Positions 35,985 to 44,932 of a stretch of 64,000 bases of DNA are shown here, piece after piece. The stretch lies in the sequence record MZ475892.1. One strand, written 5' to 3'. Position numbers and translations under genes: made by a program. A model generated the notes under the pieces. It was not told the origin of the DNA. It saw only the letters and a program-made list of their open reading frames with translations, and ran no database searches. Every line of letters starts with the position of its first letter. Positions within the stretch are counted from its first letter, which is position 1.

Positions 35985-36221
35985 ATGTCAGACCCAAAAC
36001 CAAAACCAGAAGTAACAAAAGCTGATCTCCAACATCTGCTGCACGTAGCAGGTGCGTATGAAGGCAACGACCGCCATCGCTGGTACGCAATGTTCATCGT
36101 GCTCAAACTGAAACGTCAGATGGACGGTCAGAACCTGCCGCGCTCTTGTGCCAACATTACGCATGAGAGCCAAGACTACGAGATCGAAGAGGCTTGCTAC
36201 AAGCTGGGGTATTTATCATGA
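35985..36221 (+). CDS. hypothetical protein
   Basis: 78-aa ORF, AAGGA SD. Confidence 0.7.
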   Translation: MSDPKPKPEVTKADLQHLLHVAGAYEGNDRHRWYAMFIVLKLKRQMDGQNLPRSCANITHESQDYEIEEACYKLGYLS

Positions 36222-36583
36222 AAGAGCGCCGTAACTACTACTGGGATAGCCCGTTCTATTACGGGTTGATACTCTGGCGTAAGCGTATGCGCAATGTCGT
36301 GCTGTTTCTGATTGCTATCTTAATCTATCATGGCACGCACGCACCTGTAGTTGAGAACATGTGGATGTGGACAGGCACTATCTTCGGCATTCTCTTTCTC
36401 GTCTGCTATATCAAGATGTGGGAATACGAGCGCATGATTCTCGAAGCTATGGGGCCGCTGAATAATAACTGCGTTATCGGTGCTCTTAACTTTGAGAGTC
36501 TTGAGCGCCGCCATGCTGTTTGGTATCGGAAGAAATTTAAATCCGAACCACCTAAGACTAACACGTATTCGAGGGAAAACTAA
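36218..36583 (+). CDS. membrane protein
   Basis: two hydrophobic helices. Confidence 0.7.
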   Translation: MKERRNYYWDSPFYYGLILWRKRMRNVVLFLIAILIYHGTHAPVVENMWMWTGTIFGILFLVCYIKMWEYERMILEAMGPLNNNCVIGALNFESLERRHAVWYRKKFKSEPPKTNTYSREN

Positions 36584-36945
36584 TGCCACGTATGTTCACA
36601 CAGACTCATCGCAACAAATATAAACTGACCGAAGCTGATGCAGACTATCACGGTGATGCCTGCGAAGCTGTCTACCTTGAAGGTATGGAGTTACTCAAAG
36701 AGCTTCACTATCTGAAAGGGCTTCTGCATGATCGTCACATTGCAGAAAAGCCGATGCCCATTCCTCCTGAGTCTAAGCGTTGGTCAAAGTGGATGGCTTG
36801 CACGAAAATGTCCCAGCTTGATGTGCGCTCCACTGACCGTCTGCGCAAGCGCTATCGTCGTGTCATGGAAGAACTCAAGATTGCCCGCGTGTCTTATACG
36901 TTGCTTCACACAGCGCGACATGCACCGGCGGTTGAGGTTAAGTAA
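36583..36945 (+). CDS. hypothetical protein
   Basis: 120-aa ORF, TAATG overlap. Confidence 0.7.
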   Translation: MPRMFTQTHRNKYKLTEADADYHGDACEAVYLEGMELLKELHYLKGLLHDRHIAEKPMPIPPESKRWSKWMACTKMSQLDVRSTDRLRKRYRRVMEELKIARVSYTLLHTARHAPAVEVK

Positions 36946-37226
36946 TGCAGTTTACTTCAAAAGAAGAAATAGACGAAACGTATGCAATGGTTGTTCATGC
37001 CATGCTGGCCGCCCTTGTGCCTGACGATACTCGCACAAAAGACCAACGCGTTCTCGACTACGTGGCGAAGCACTTAGCGCCCAATAACATTTTTGACAGG
37101 GATCTGTTTAGCATTTCATTTGAACATCGGTTCAAGTTTCAAACAACACACAGGATGATGCGCAATGCTAAAGTGAGCGGCGCACCTTTTCTATATCTAA
37201 AGCAGGCTCATAGCCTAAAGAATTGA
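36945..37226 (+). CDS. hypothetical protein
   Basis: 93-aa ORF, TAATG overlap. Confidence 0.7.
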   Translation: MQFTSKEEIDETYAMVVHAMLAALVPDDTRTKDQRVLDYVAKHLAPNNIFDRDLFSISFEHRFKFQTTHRMMRNAKVSGAPFLYLKQAHSLKN

Positions 37227-37236
37227 GGTTAGTATC

Positions 37237-37500
37237 ATGGCAGTAGGTTTCGCCAAAGATGATGACGTGTCCAATACCGTCGAAACAAACGTGCTGAATG
37301 AAATCGACCGCGCTCGTTCTGAGTTGCGTGGCGCTGGTAGTTCGCACTGTATCAACCCTGACTGTGGTGCAGAGATTCCACTCATGCGCCGTGTAGCAAT
37401 GCCGAACGCTCGCTACTGCGTTAGCTGTCAAGCTCACCATGATGGTACGCCTGCTGTTGGCTACAATCGTCGTGGCTCCAAAGACTCTCAACTGAGGTAG
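37237..37500 (+). CDS. ybiI: DksA/TraR C4 zinc-finger protein, YbiI-like
   Basis: C...CGAEIP..RR.A.P.ARYCVSCQ and terminal GYNRRGSKDSQLR as in enterobacterial YbiI. Confidence 0.85.
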   Translation: MAVGFAKDDDVSNTVETNVLNEIDRARSELRGAGSSHCINPDCGAEIPLMRRVAMPNARYCVSCQAHHDGTPAVGYNRRGSKDSQLR

Positions 37501-37502
37501 TT

Positions 37503-37634
37503 ATGTGCGACAACAATGAAGTACCTTGTGTGCGATGCACTAAGCCCACACCTGTTGTTGATTTGGGTGGGCCGTACGGTGATTTGTGTGATGACTGCGT
37601 AACGCTGATGCGTGAAGAACAGGAGGAAGAATGA
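37503..37634 (+). CDS. 43-aa CxxC..CxxC peptide (below ORF-track cutoff)
   Basis: MCDNNEVPCVRCTKP...LCDDCVTLMREEQEEE; GAGG SD; stop overlaps next ATG. Confidence 0.6.
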   Translation: MCDNNEVPCVRCTKPTPVVDLGGPYGDLCDDCVTLMREEQEEE

Positions 37635-37813
37635 AACTGTCCGAATCTGAGTTAGAGTCTTTGCGCTTTCGTATGCGTCTGCGTGAGCAACCCAAGCCGA
37701 TGCCTGACACGCACAAAATGCCAGACAAGAAGTTTGACAGTCATAAGCTGGACAAGTCCACTGATATGACGCTCGGCGATGTTCGCCACCACTTCCCTCC
37801 AAAAGGAAATTGA
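37631..37813 (+). CDS. hypothetical protein
   Basis: 60-aa ORF, AGGAGG SD. Confidence 0.6.
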   Translation: MKLSESELESLRFRMRLREQPKPMPDTHKMPDKKFDSHKLDKSTDMTLGDVRHHFPPKGN

Positions 37814-37814
37814 A

Positions 37815-38147
37815 ATGGAAGAGATTCTTGATATTGACAGCAAGATGTATGCTGTTTATGACGGTCACGTTGTTACCAACTATCATCATGAAGGTAGCGG
37901 CGTGATGTACATCGAAGACAGCTTCTGGCTCAGCTTGAATCTGCGCGACGATCTTTTCCCTGCGCCACCAACTCGTTTGGCGCATTACAAAAACATACAC
38001 ACGCGTTCTATTGATCGCGTTCGTGTTAGCACCATTCAAGATATACGCGAATCCTTGTATAAGGTTCGTCACTATATTCGTTGGTTCGAGTATATCTCCG
38101 AAGATAAGCTGCAAGGCTTGCAGCACCTGTTCCGCGAACCGGATTAA
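37815..38147 (+). CDS. hypothetical protein
   Basis: 110-aa ORF. Confidence 0.65.
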   Translation: MEEILDIDSKMYAVYDGHVVTNYHHEGSGVMYIEDSFWLSLNLRDDLFPAPPTRLAHYKNIHTRSIDRVRVSTIQDIRESLYKVRHYIRWFEYISEDKLQGLQHLFREPD

Positions 38148-38205
38148 AGGTAACGCTCATGTGTCTGCTAGTCAATTCCCTCAAGGACGAGGGTACGATG
38201 CGTAT

Positions 38206-38213
38206 CTGTAAAC
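38206..38213 (+). promoter_or_regulatory. CTGTAAAC putative promoter box
   Basis: 31 nt upstream of ATG 38245. Confidence 0.5.
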
Positions 38214-38244
38214 GTATACAACAACCCAACTAAAGGTAGCGATC

Positions 38245-38610
38245 ATGATTTCTCGAATCAGTAATCTCCTCTTTGCCGAATCAATGTCCGTTGAGCAGTT
38301 AGCGCAGGCATTGCGTATTGAAAACTTCAACGCGACTGTTCGTGGTGAGTTCAAGTTGGTTGCTGGCACTAACTCCAGTGGCTATATCACTTCTGCACTG
38401 TCAAGTCCTGTCGAAGTGCTGCGCGACCTGAAAGGCGTTCAGACTTTGAAAGATGCAGGCTTCTCTGACCCTGACATTGCACTCGCTCTCGGCATCGACC
38501 GTTTGCGTCTCAAGAAAGTTTATAACGAGGCACGCAAGAGCAAAAAGAAGCCTGTTGAGCCAGCTCCAGTGCAGCGTACCTCTAAAGCAATTTCACTCGA
38601 CGATCTGTAA
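38245..38610 (+). CDS. putative helix-turn-helix DNA-binding protein
   Basis: LKDAGFSDPDIALALGIDRLRLKKVY HTH-like; second SVEQLAQALRI motif. Confidence 0.55.
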   Translation: MISRISNLLFAESMSVEQLAQALRIENFNATVRGEFKLVAGTNSSGYITSALSSPVEVLRDLKGVQTLKDAGFSDPDIALALGIDRLRLKKVYNEARKSKKKPVEPAPVQRTSKAISLDDL

Positions 38611-38620
38611 GGAAACAATC

Positions 38621-39325
38621 ATGACAAGTAAATTTGAAAAGTCGGATGCATCTACTCGCCGCGCCGAACTGCTGGTACTGATGTGTGAGATCTACACGTC
38701 GCTGCGTGACCAGTCGTTGTCTGAGTCAGAGACAAAAGCCTTTGCGTTGTTCAAAGACATTATGGATTTGGCTGACGTGCGTACCGTCGATGCCGTGTTT
38801 TCTGAAATCGAACACGAACTGGACCCTAAAGTTGAAGGTCTGCTGAATTATGTCCACAGAACGTTTATGCTGCATGACACTCTGTGCAAAGCTGAGGCAG
38901 AAGCCGCAGCAAAACTCAAAGCTGAGGAGGCGCGTGAGCATGTACGCAAACACACGTACAAGCCTCCTGTGGAAAAGCTCATTAGTAAAGAGCAGATCAC
39001 CGAACTGTGTGCAGGCTTGACTGCATACGTTGAGCGCGAAGACGTTCGACCTAAAGTCAACGTCGATCTTATTGATGATATCCTCGAATCATTGGATAAG
39101 AACTACACGTTCATCGACACGCTCGATCTGTCCAATCATCTTGAAGGTGAAGATCTGAAAACTGCCGTCAAGCTGATTGAAGACGCAGTGACTGAAAGCC
39201 ACCAACCATTGAAAGAAATCATGGACACTATCTGGTGCCACATGGCTAAACGCGATTTGCCTGCCGTTGACTTCTTTGACCGATACGGCAATGCCGAAGA
39301 TGAGAACTATGCACTTGCACCTTAA
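38621..39325 (+). CDS. hypothetical protein
   Basis: 234-aa ORF, AAGGA SD. Confidence 0.75.
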   Translation: MTSKFEKSDASTRRAELLVLMCEIYTSLRDQSLSESETKAFALFKDIMDLADVRTVDAVFSEIEHELDPKVEGLLNYVHRTFMLHDTLCKAEAEAAAKLKAEEAREHVRKHTYKPPVEKLISKEQITELCAGLTAYVEREDVRPKVNVDLIDDILESLDKNYTFIDTLDLSNHLEGEDLKTAVKLIEDAVTESHQPLKEIMDTIWCHMAKRDLPAVDFFDRYGNAEDENYALAP

Positions 39326-39506
39326 ACGTTATTGGCGGGCACTCATTGTGTTGCTCGTCGTTTTCATCATTAGTTGTTTGCTGCCCATTCTTGAAGTGCG
39401 CAACCCAACACTGACTCTTATCGTGGTCGTGATTGTTGCCTGCTACTTCATTGCAGTCTGGGCATACAAACCTGTTAAAGCAATTAAGGAAGAGTTGGAT
39501 GACTAG
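39309..39506 (+). CDS. small membrane protein
   Basis: 65 aa, two TM helices. Confidence 0.6.
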   Translation: MHLHLKRYWRALIVLLVVFIISCLLPILEVRNPTLTLIVVVIVACYFIAVWAYKPVKAIKEELDD

Positions 39507-40056
39507 TCGTAAGAACGAAGTCAAGTTGACTGACGCTGAGGTAGCCGCAGGCGCACGGCAGATACTTGAGATGCTAGTTAGTATGCGTCTCAGTGCGCAT
39601 CATCAGGATGTCGGCTATGAAACGCTGTACACCGATTCTTTGGGTGAGACGCAGGGCGGTTGGTATGTAGCATTCGACAGCTTGAGCCGTACTCGACTCA
39701 AAGAATCCAAAGCTGTATCGTGGCGCAACGTTGGCATGGTCTCTGGTGATTCACTCGAAGATGTTCTCACAACGCTGCGAACGCTCCGCCGTGATATGTC
39801 CAATCGTGTACATGCGCCCACACCAGAAGAGCGTGAGCGTGTACTCAACTTGCGTGATAGCAACATACGCAACGCACTGACTAAGTTCCACAAGGGTGAG
39901 TCGCTGTCTGACGGTGAACTCAACCTGAGCATTAAGCATTTTCAGTCGTTAGAGAATGCGCTTCGCGTAGATGAGTTGTTGCAACTTGCAGCACCCTACA
40001 TTACTCAGAATCTCAACGTGCTCTTAGGATATAAAGAAGCACGCCGCCGCAAATAA
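39499..40056 (+). CDS. hypothetical protein
   Basis: 185-aa ORF. Confidence 0.7.
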   Translation: MTSRKNEVKLTDAEVAAGARQILEMLVSMRLSAHHQDVGYETLYTDSLGETQGGWYVAFDSLSRTRLKESKAVSWRNVGMVSGDSLEDVLTTLRTLRRDMSNRVHAPTPEERERVLNLRDSNIRNALTKFHKGESLSDGELNLSIKHFQSLENALRVDELLQLAAPYITQNLNVLLGYKEARRRK

Positions 40057-40061
40057 CAATC

Positions 40062-40092
40062 GGGAGATCCCTAACAAGGGGTTTCCCTTTTT
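40062..40092 (+). terminator. intrinsic terminator
   Basis: GGGAGATCCC/GGGGTTTCCC stem + TTTTT. Confidence 0.8.
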
Positions 40093-40112
40093 GCATTTCT
40101 GGAGCAAATTTT

Positions 40113-41093
40113 ATGCGTTTTGGTTTCGCCTGTAAACTGCTTGATGACAACGGTAAGCAACCGTACACGAACAAGAGCCTGAGCTATGCTCATTTCTCCA
40201 AGCTGTCTCAGACAGAGCAGCAAGAAAAGCTGGTGCTTGTCGTCACACACAATCTGACCTCGTTACTTGAGATGATCAGACACGTTGGTCGTCTGCGTGC
40301 AGACTTGCGCATGTTTCGAATCACAAGCGAGCTACTTCCGCTGTTCACGCACCCGATGGTCACACGCATGTATCTCCAAACACACATGACCAAACTGACT
40401 GACACGATGTTGGCAACGTGTGGTGCAGCGGCTAGACGTCTTGGTGTTCGACTGTCATTCCACCCTGGTCAGTTTACCGTGCTTGCGTCTGACCGACCCG
40501 ACGTTATGCTTAACTCGATTAATGAAATGGAGTATCACGCCTACTGTGCGCAGGCTATGGGCTACGGTCGTAAGTTCCAAGATTTCAAAATCAACATTCA
40601 TCTGAGTGGTCGTCGTGGTGCCGCAGGTTTCAGAGACGCCTACTCTCGTCTAAGCGATCATTGCCGCAAGATGATCACGGTAGAGAATGACGAGTACACT
40701 TCCTCGATCGAGGATTGTCTTGAGCTTGCCGACATTTGTCCTGTTGTTCTCGACATTCACCATCACTGGGTAATGACTAACGAATACATTCAGCCGACCG
40801 ATGATCGTGTTCAACGTGTCATTGACTCGTGGCGAGGCGTTCGCCCTGTTGCGCATTACTCTGTGTCACGCCCAGAGTTCATACCGTCTACGGGTCTGCC
40901 TGATCAGAACAAGCTAGAAGCAAAGTCTGCCTCGCTGCGTGCTCATTCTGACTACTACCACAACGACAGCGTAAACGAGTGGGCCCTCAGCTTCGAGCAA
41001 TTCGACCTGATGTGCGAGTCTAAAGCGAAGAATCTAGCACGCACGAAACTAGCCCTTTTTAAGGGCAACTCTGCACAAATATGGTCAAAATAA
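40113..41093 (+). CDS. uvsE: UV-damage endonuclease (UvsE/UVDE)
   Basis: RFGFAC, FRITS.LLP, RLSFHPGQFTVLAS, INIH, VENDE, LDIHHH motifs. Confidence 0.92.
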   Translation: MRFGFACKLLDDNGKQPYTNKSLSYAHFSKLSQTEQQEKLVLVVTHNLTSLLEMIRHVGRLRADLRMFRITSELLPLFTHPMVTRMYLQTHMTKLTDTMLATCGAAARRLGVRLSFHPGQFTVLASDRPDVMLNSINEMEYHAYCAQAMGYGRKFQDFKINIHLSGRRGAAGFRDAYSRLSDHCRKMITVENDEYTSSIEDCLELADICPVVLDIHHHWVMTNEYIQPTDDRVQRVIDSWRGVRPVAHYSVSRPEFIPSTGLPDQNKLEAKSASLRAHSDYYHNDSVNEWALSFEQFDLMCESKAKNLARTKLALFKGNSAQIWSK

Positions 41094-41126
41094 GGCTTGT
41101 TTTAGAAGGTGCCCCTATGATACACT
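41082..41126 (+). promoter_or_regulatory. early promoter (WGG..AAAT class)
   Basis: AAATATGGTCAAAAT; 33 nt to TACACT; TGA extended -10. Confidence 0.75.
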
Positions 41127-41177
41127 GATTACGAGCACTGTATGCTCGTTTCTACTGATTCAAGAGGATAAGACAAT

Positions 41178-41474
41178 ATGTTCATTACAACTCTAAACGC
41201 AAACACTGCGAAACCTGCACCGAAGTCTATTAACCACATGAACCTCGACCTTGCACCTTCTGGTCGCATTTCTTGTGTCTGGCCTGGCGCACTCGATGTT
41301 CCTGCGAACATCAAACGTTTCTGCCGTGCTTGTGAAATCATTACCGACCTTGACCCATGTATGCGTCTTCGTTTCAAAGGTCGTCGCTCTGACGTTCTGG
41401 CGCTCATCACCAAGATCGCTCCTGACAACCCTGACCTCGCAGCGCGAATTGCGGGCACTATCACTGAGGCTTAA
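41178..41474 (+). CDS. hypothetical protein
   Basis: 98-aa ORF, GAGG SD. Confidence 0.75.
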   Translation: MFITTLNANTAKPAPKSINHMNLDLAPSGRISCVWPGALDVPANIKRFCRACEIITDLDPCMRLRFKGRRSDVLALITKIAPDNPDLAARIAGTITEA

Positions 41475-41475
41475 A

Positions 41476-41739
41476 ATGAAAATCCCCTGTCTGAATGCTG
41501 TGTATGGTATTACGAACACCAATACTCCACTCGTGGATAAACGCGGCTTTCGTTGTGTTGAATCGAAATATGTTGACGGAACGGAGGTTAGATTACAACG
41601 ACAAGCCCATGACATTCATGAACGTGTGGTAGTGGCCTACGACCAGTATGGTCGTGCAGTGTATGGAACACTGACTCCGCCCGCATCGTTCGAAGTGCGT
41701 GACAGCAAGGAAAGCGACCAATATAACAAGGCGCCCTAG
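41476..41739 (+). CDS. hypothetical protein
   Basis: 87-aa ORF. Confidence 0.6.
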   Translation: MKIPCLNAVYGITNTNTPLVDKRGFRCVESKYVDGTEVRLQRQAHDIHERVVVAYDQYGRAVYGTLTPPASFEVRDSKESDQYNKAP

Positions 41740-41817
41740 CAAGCTCACAACGAAGCCATAGAATGAATACTAAGAAGTCTAACAATTCATGCGCTGACCT
41801 ACTCGTGGGGTGTCAAA

Positions 41818-42195
41818 ATGATCGTAGTATGTAACTCTTCAAAGGAATTTTCTGTTGAACGTTTGAAACACGGGGACGCATTTGTATTCGGCAAGACGCG
41901 AATGCTTCTGCGAGCGGACTATCTGATACTAACAGATAAGCACAATGCTTTTTACGTGGTTCGCAAATCTGATGTTGTTTGGGCTCCCGAATTAACTGGC
42001 GCTACGCACATGATTAAGATCAGGGCGTATGCCCAGATTAAGCCGTTCGAACTCCATGCAGCATGTCCACAGTTCAATGGTCGTGTTTACGGGACAATCG
42101 CTTTCCGTAACCCACACTTTGAACATAGAATGAATACACTTCGTTATAGTGAGACAATCTTTGGAGGTCAACATGGCACGGTATCATGTGTTTAG
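41818..42195 (+). CDS. hypothetical protein
   Basis: 125-aa ORF. Confidence 0.65.
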   Translation: MIVVCNSSKEFSVERLKHGDAFVFGKTRMLLRADYLILTDKHNAFYVVRKSDVVWAPELTGATHMIKIRAYAQIKPFELHAACPQFNGRVYGTIAFRNPHFEHRMNTLRYSETIFGGQHGTVSCV

Positions 42196-42421
42196 TGCAG
42201 AAAGCAAATACTACGGCGAAGCATACGAGGGAACGCACTTAAAAGCGATTGACCTCGGGTACCCAGTTACCCACGCCGAGTTTAAAAATTTCGAGAGCGC
42301 TAAGGAATGCGCAGATAAGTTACATGAGGTTTGCGATATGGGCTGGATTGTATACAACGCTTTTTCAGAAGTATCTGTATACGACAGTCGCACTATTGAA
42401 GGTGAGTCTGTAAATAACTAA
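42173..42421 (+). CDS. hypothetical protein
   Basis: 82-aa ORF, GGAGG SD. Confidence 0.7.
   Translation: MARYHVFSAESKYYGEAYEGTHLKAIDLGYPVTHAEFKNFESAKECADKLHEVCDMGWIVYNAFSEVSVYDSRTIEGESVNN
42408..42416 (+). promoter_or_regulatory. CTGTAAATA putative promoter box
   Basis: 76 nt upstream of ATG 42493, with a hairpin in between. Confidence 0.5.
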
Positions 42422-42492
42422 CAGACGACCTTGCATCTTCCGTGTGATGCTTACGGGCGTCACGCACATTCACTGTGATAATGAGGTTCAAA

Positions 42493-43008
42493 ATGAAATA
42501 CGCTTCAATCGTTCTTGCTACTCTGCTTGCCACTTCTTTCGCTGCGTCTGCCGCTAACTATAAAGCACCAGCGCCTGTTAAGGGTATGCAGTCTAGCGGT
42601 ATGCACATCGATGATCAACTGGACGATAGCTGCCAGACCAAACTGTCTCAAGCCATCGACTTGCGCGACTCTGTTGTTGACTTCACTGTTAGTCGCAATC
42701 AGATTGATACTGTGGCCGCTTGGCCGCTTGTGTGTTCCCCAACAGTCGAAGCAAAGACTGTTAGTGTTGAGCGTATGGGTTCTGACCTGACGATCACTTA
42801 CGTTAACAACGACGACACCCTGCACCCGCTGACTCTGACCTTGCAGCGTGTTGAATCTGAATCCGAAGATGACGCACCCGCGTATCAGATCGTCCAAGTA
42901 GGCGACATGAGCGCAATGGGTTATCAAGAGCAGGCTGACGTTAAAGACTGGCTGCTGGACTGTTACGCTGCTACGTTGCAGACCGGCATTCCACTGAGCA
43001 TGAACTAA
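42493..43008 (+). CDS. exported/periplasmic protein
   Basis: Sec signal peptide MKYASIVLATLLATSFAASA|A. Confidence 0.75.
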   Translation: MKYASIVLATLLATSFAASAANYKAPAPVKGMQSSGMHIDDQLDDSCQTKLSQAIDLRDSVVDFTVSRNQIDTVAAWPLVCSPTVEAKTVSVERMGSDLTITYVNNDDTLHPLTLTLQRVESESEDDAPAYQIVQVGDMSAMGYQEQADVKDWLLDCYAATLQTGIPLSMN

Positions 43009-43286
43009 TGCAGCACCGTCGTAAAGTAAAGGCCGAGTCAAAGCAACGTTCAATACCCGAAGACTGGCCTGTATTCAAAGACATGTTGCTGACGTTGCGC
43101 ATCGCTGTACTCACGGACGAGAAGCCTCACGCTAAACTGCGTGCGCTTGCTCTCCAATGGTATACAGATGGGAAGTATCGTAACCCTGTCTGTGATTCTG
43201 TTCTGCTTAGGTTAACCGCTGAGAAACGACCTAAGCAAACTCTTGATCAATTGATCACTCTCTATAACTTTCTTGAGGAAGAATAA
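43008..43286 (+). CDS. hypothetical protein
   Basis: 92-aa ORF, TAATG overlap. Confidence 0.7.
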   Translation: MQHRRKVKAESKQRSIPEDWPVFKDMLLTLRIAVLTDEKPHAKLRALALQWYTDGKYRNPVCDSVLLRLTAEKRPKQTLDQLITLYNFLEEE

Positions 43287-43288
43287 AA

Positions 43289-44509
43289 ATGGCTATCATT
43301 TCCGCAGAAGAACAAGCGCGTCTGGATTCACTTGCTGCTATCGTAGCTAAGATGTGGGCACAAGGCGGCCCTGCTGTGCGTGATGCTCTGCGTTACGTTG
43401 CTAACCAAATGCTGAGCGACGAGCACTCATTCCTGTACGAAGAAGTGCCTGGCGTAACGCCTGACATTGAATCTGTCTACCACCATCTGAGCGATTTGCC
43501 ACTGACGGGTATGACCCGCATCGTGCGCAATCCTGACTTGATCAGCTCGCTTGAAGATCTGATGAACAAAAACGAGCGTGAGATCTTCGGCTCTGCCGTG
43601 CGTAACAGCGCGTACACTATGTTCAAACTTTTACCCCAGAATGACAACGCTGTGTTCTGCCATCCAGGTAAAGGTGCTACCTCTCGCACCCAGCCGCGTC
43701 AGGTCGCTGAAAGACTGCATCGTGGTTTAAGCTACATGTTGTCCGTGCACGGTCTGGACTCGTATATCAAAAAGTCTGACAATCAAATTCGCTCTTACGG
43801 ACATACGCGCTTAGCCTCTCTGGTAATCGCAGTCGCAGTCAAAGGCGAACGCAGTGTTGCTACTCGCATCGTACCTCTGTGGTGTATGGACAAGCACACG
43901 GAAGAGGTGGGCACGATTGAACTTGATCAGGATATCCCGAACGATAAACCTGCTTACTCAACTGAGGTAGAAACTGATATCCAAGTTTGGCCGAAGTTTG
44001 AAGCAAAACAACTTAGAGATATCCTGCTCAAGCATGGGAATTATATCGAGTCTAAGCTGCGCGGCATGGACCGCGAAGAATTAGATGATACCTATGAAGC
44101 CTTCGTTGATGCGTACCTTAACAATACTCACGACGAGGGTGATGAAGACGAAGATGATGAGTGGGACGAAGAAGAGGATGAAGACGAAGAAGATGCCTTC
44201 TGTACTGAAATCCCTTCGCGCCTAGCTCTACCTATCGAACTGCCTATTGTTAATCTCGAACGTCCGAAGTTAGACGTTCGCCCAGGCATGCGTTTGAAGA
44301 CCAAAAAGCCTAGACAGTCTCATATTCAGAATATTCTGATTGATCCAGTTTGGCACGCAGTTGACCCACAAGACGAGAACAATATTCATTATTTCAGTGT
44401 GTCTATTGTTGCCCGTGATACTGTCGGTCATAAGGCTATTTCAGCTTCGCCGCTTGAAGCACTGACTATCTCCAACGTGCTGATGCAGATCGCTGAAACT
44501 AACACTTAA
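43289..44509 (+). CDS. hypothetical protein with internal acidic tract
   Basis: 406-aa ORF. Confidence 0.8.
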   Translation: MAIISAEEQARLDSLAAIVAKMWAQGGPAVRDALRYVANQMLSDEHSFLYEEVPGVTPDIESVYHHLSDLPLTGMTRIVRNPDLISSLEDLMNKNEREIFGSAVRNSAYTMFKLLPQNDNAVFCHPGKGATSRTQPRQVAERLHRGLSYMLSVHGLDSYIKKSDNQIRSYGHTRLASLVIAVAVKGERSVATRIVPLWCMDKHTEEVGTIELDQDIPNDKPAYSTEVETDIQVWPKFEAKQLRDILLKHGNYIESKLRGMDREELDDTYEAFVDAYLNNTHDEGDEDEDDEWDEEEDEDEEDAFCTEIPSRLALPIELPIVNLERPKLDVRPGMRLKTKKPRQSHIQNILIDPVWHAVDPQDENNIHYFSVSIVARDTVGHKAISASPLEALTISNVLMQIAETNT

Positions 44510-44510
44510 C

Positions 44511-44554
44511 TGGACAAAACAGCGCTTCTTAACGAGGCGCTTTTCTGCTATAAT
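44511..44554 (+). promoter_or_regulatory. early promoter (WGG..AAAT class) overlapping a terminator hairpin
   Basis: TGGACAAAAC; 32 nt to TATAAT; AGCGCTTC/GAGGCGCT + TTTCT in spacer. Confidence 0.75.
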
Positions 44555-44620
44555 AGCAGCTAGAGCATAAGCTCTCACGTTTGCATCTACTATACGTTAA
44601 ATACGGGAACCTCACATATT

Positions 44621-44923
44621 ATGGCACGTAACATTTCACGCAAGAAAGCGCTCGACCTGATGGCAAAAACTTACAACGAAAAACATCCAGAGTATTTGCC
44701 GCGCCTCATGAAAGAGGACATGAATGCGAAAGACCTGTTCGAATTCCGTGAAGATGTTGTAGCTCAAATTCAGGCAGGTTTGAATCCTGCGAAAGTTGTT
44801 GATGATATGATCGACAACGCAATACGCGTCACCACGATGCGCCGCCGTATGAGCAATGATTATAATCCGAAACTCTCCGACGTTCTTACCGATGAACTGC
44901 GTGAGGAACTTCGTAAACTCTAA
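44621..44923 (+). CDS. hypothetical protein
   Basis: 100-aa ORF. Confidence 0.75.
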   Translation: MARNISRKKALDLMAKTYNEKHPEYLPRLMKEDMNAKDLFEFREDVVAQIQAGLNPAKVVDDMIDNAIRVTTMRRRMSNDYNPKLSDVLTDELREELRKL

Positions 44924-44932
44924 GGAATAAAA

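Noticed and set aside
38159-38233. 24-codon ORF MCLLVNSLKDEGTMRICKRIQQPN
   Set aside because: Weak SD and it overlaps the CTGTAAAC promoter box of the next gene; insufficient support
40130-40137. CTGTAAAC inside uvsE (also 62033-62040 inside the last ORF)
   Set aside because: Deep in coding sequence with no nearby downstream start; likely chance
25206-41474. Possible paralogy of 25206 (VEIVGQRDNVLRFF) and 41178 (LRFKGRRSDVLALI)
   Set aside because: Similarity limited to a few residues; cannot be supported by eye
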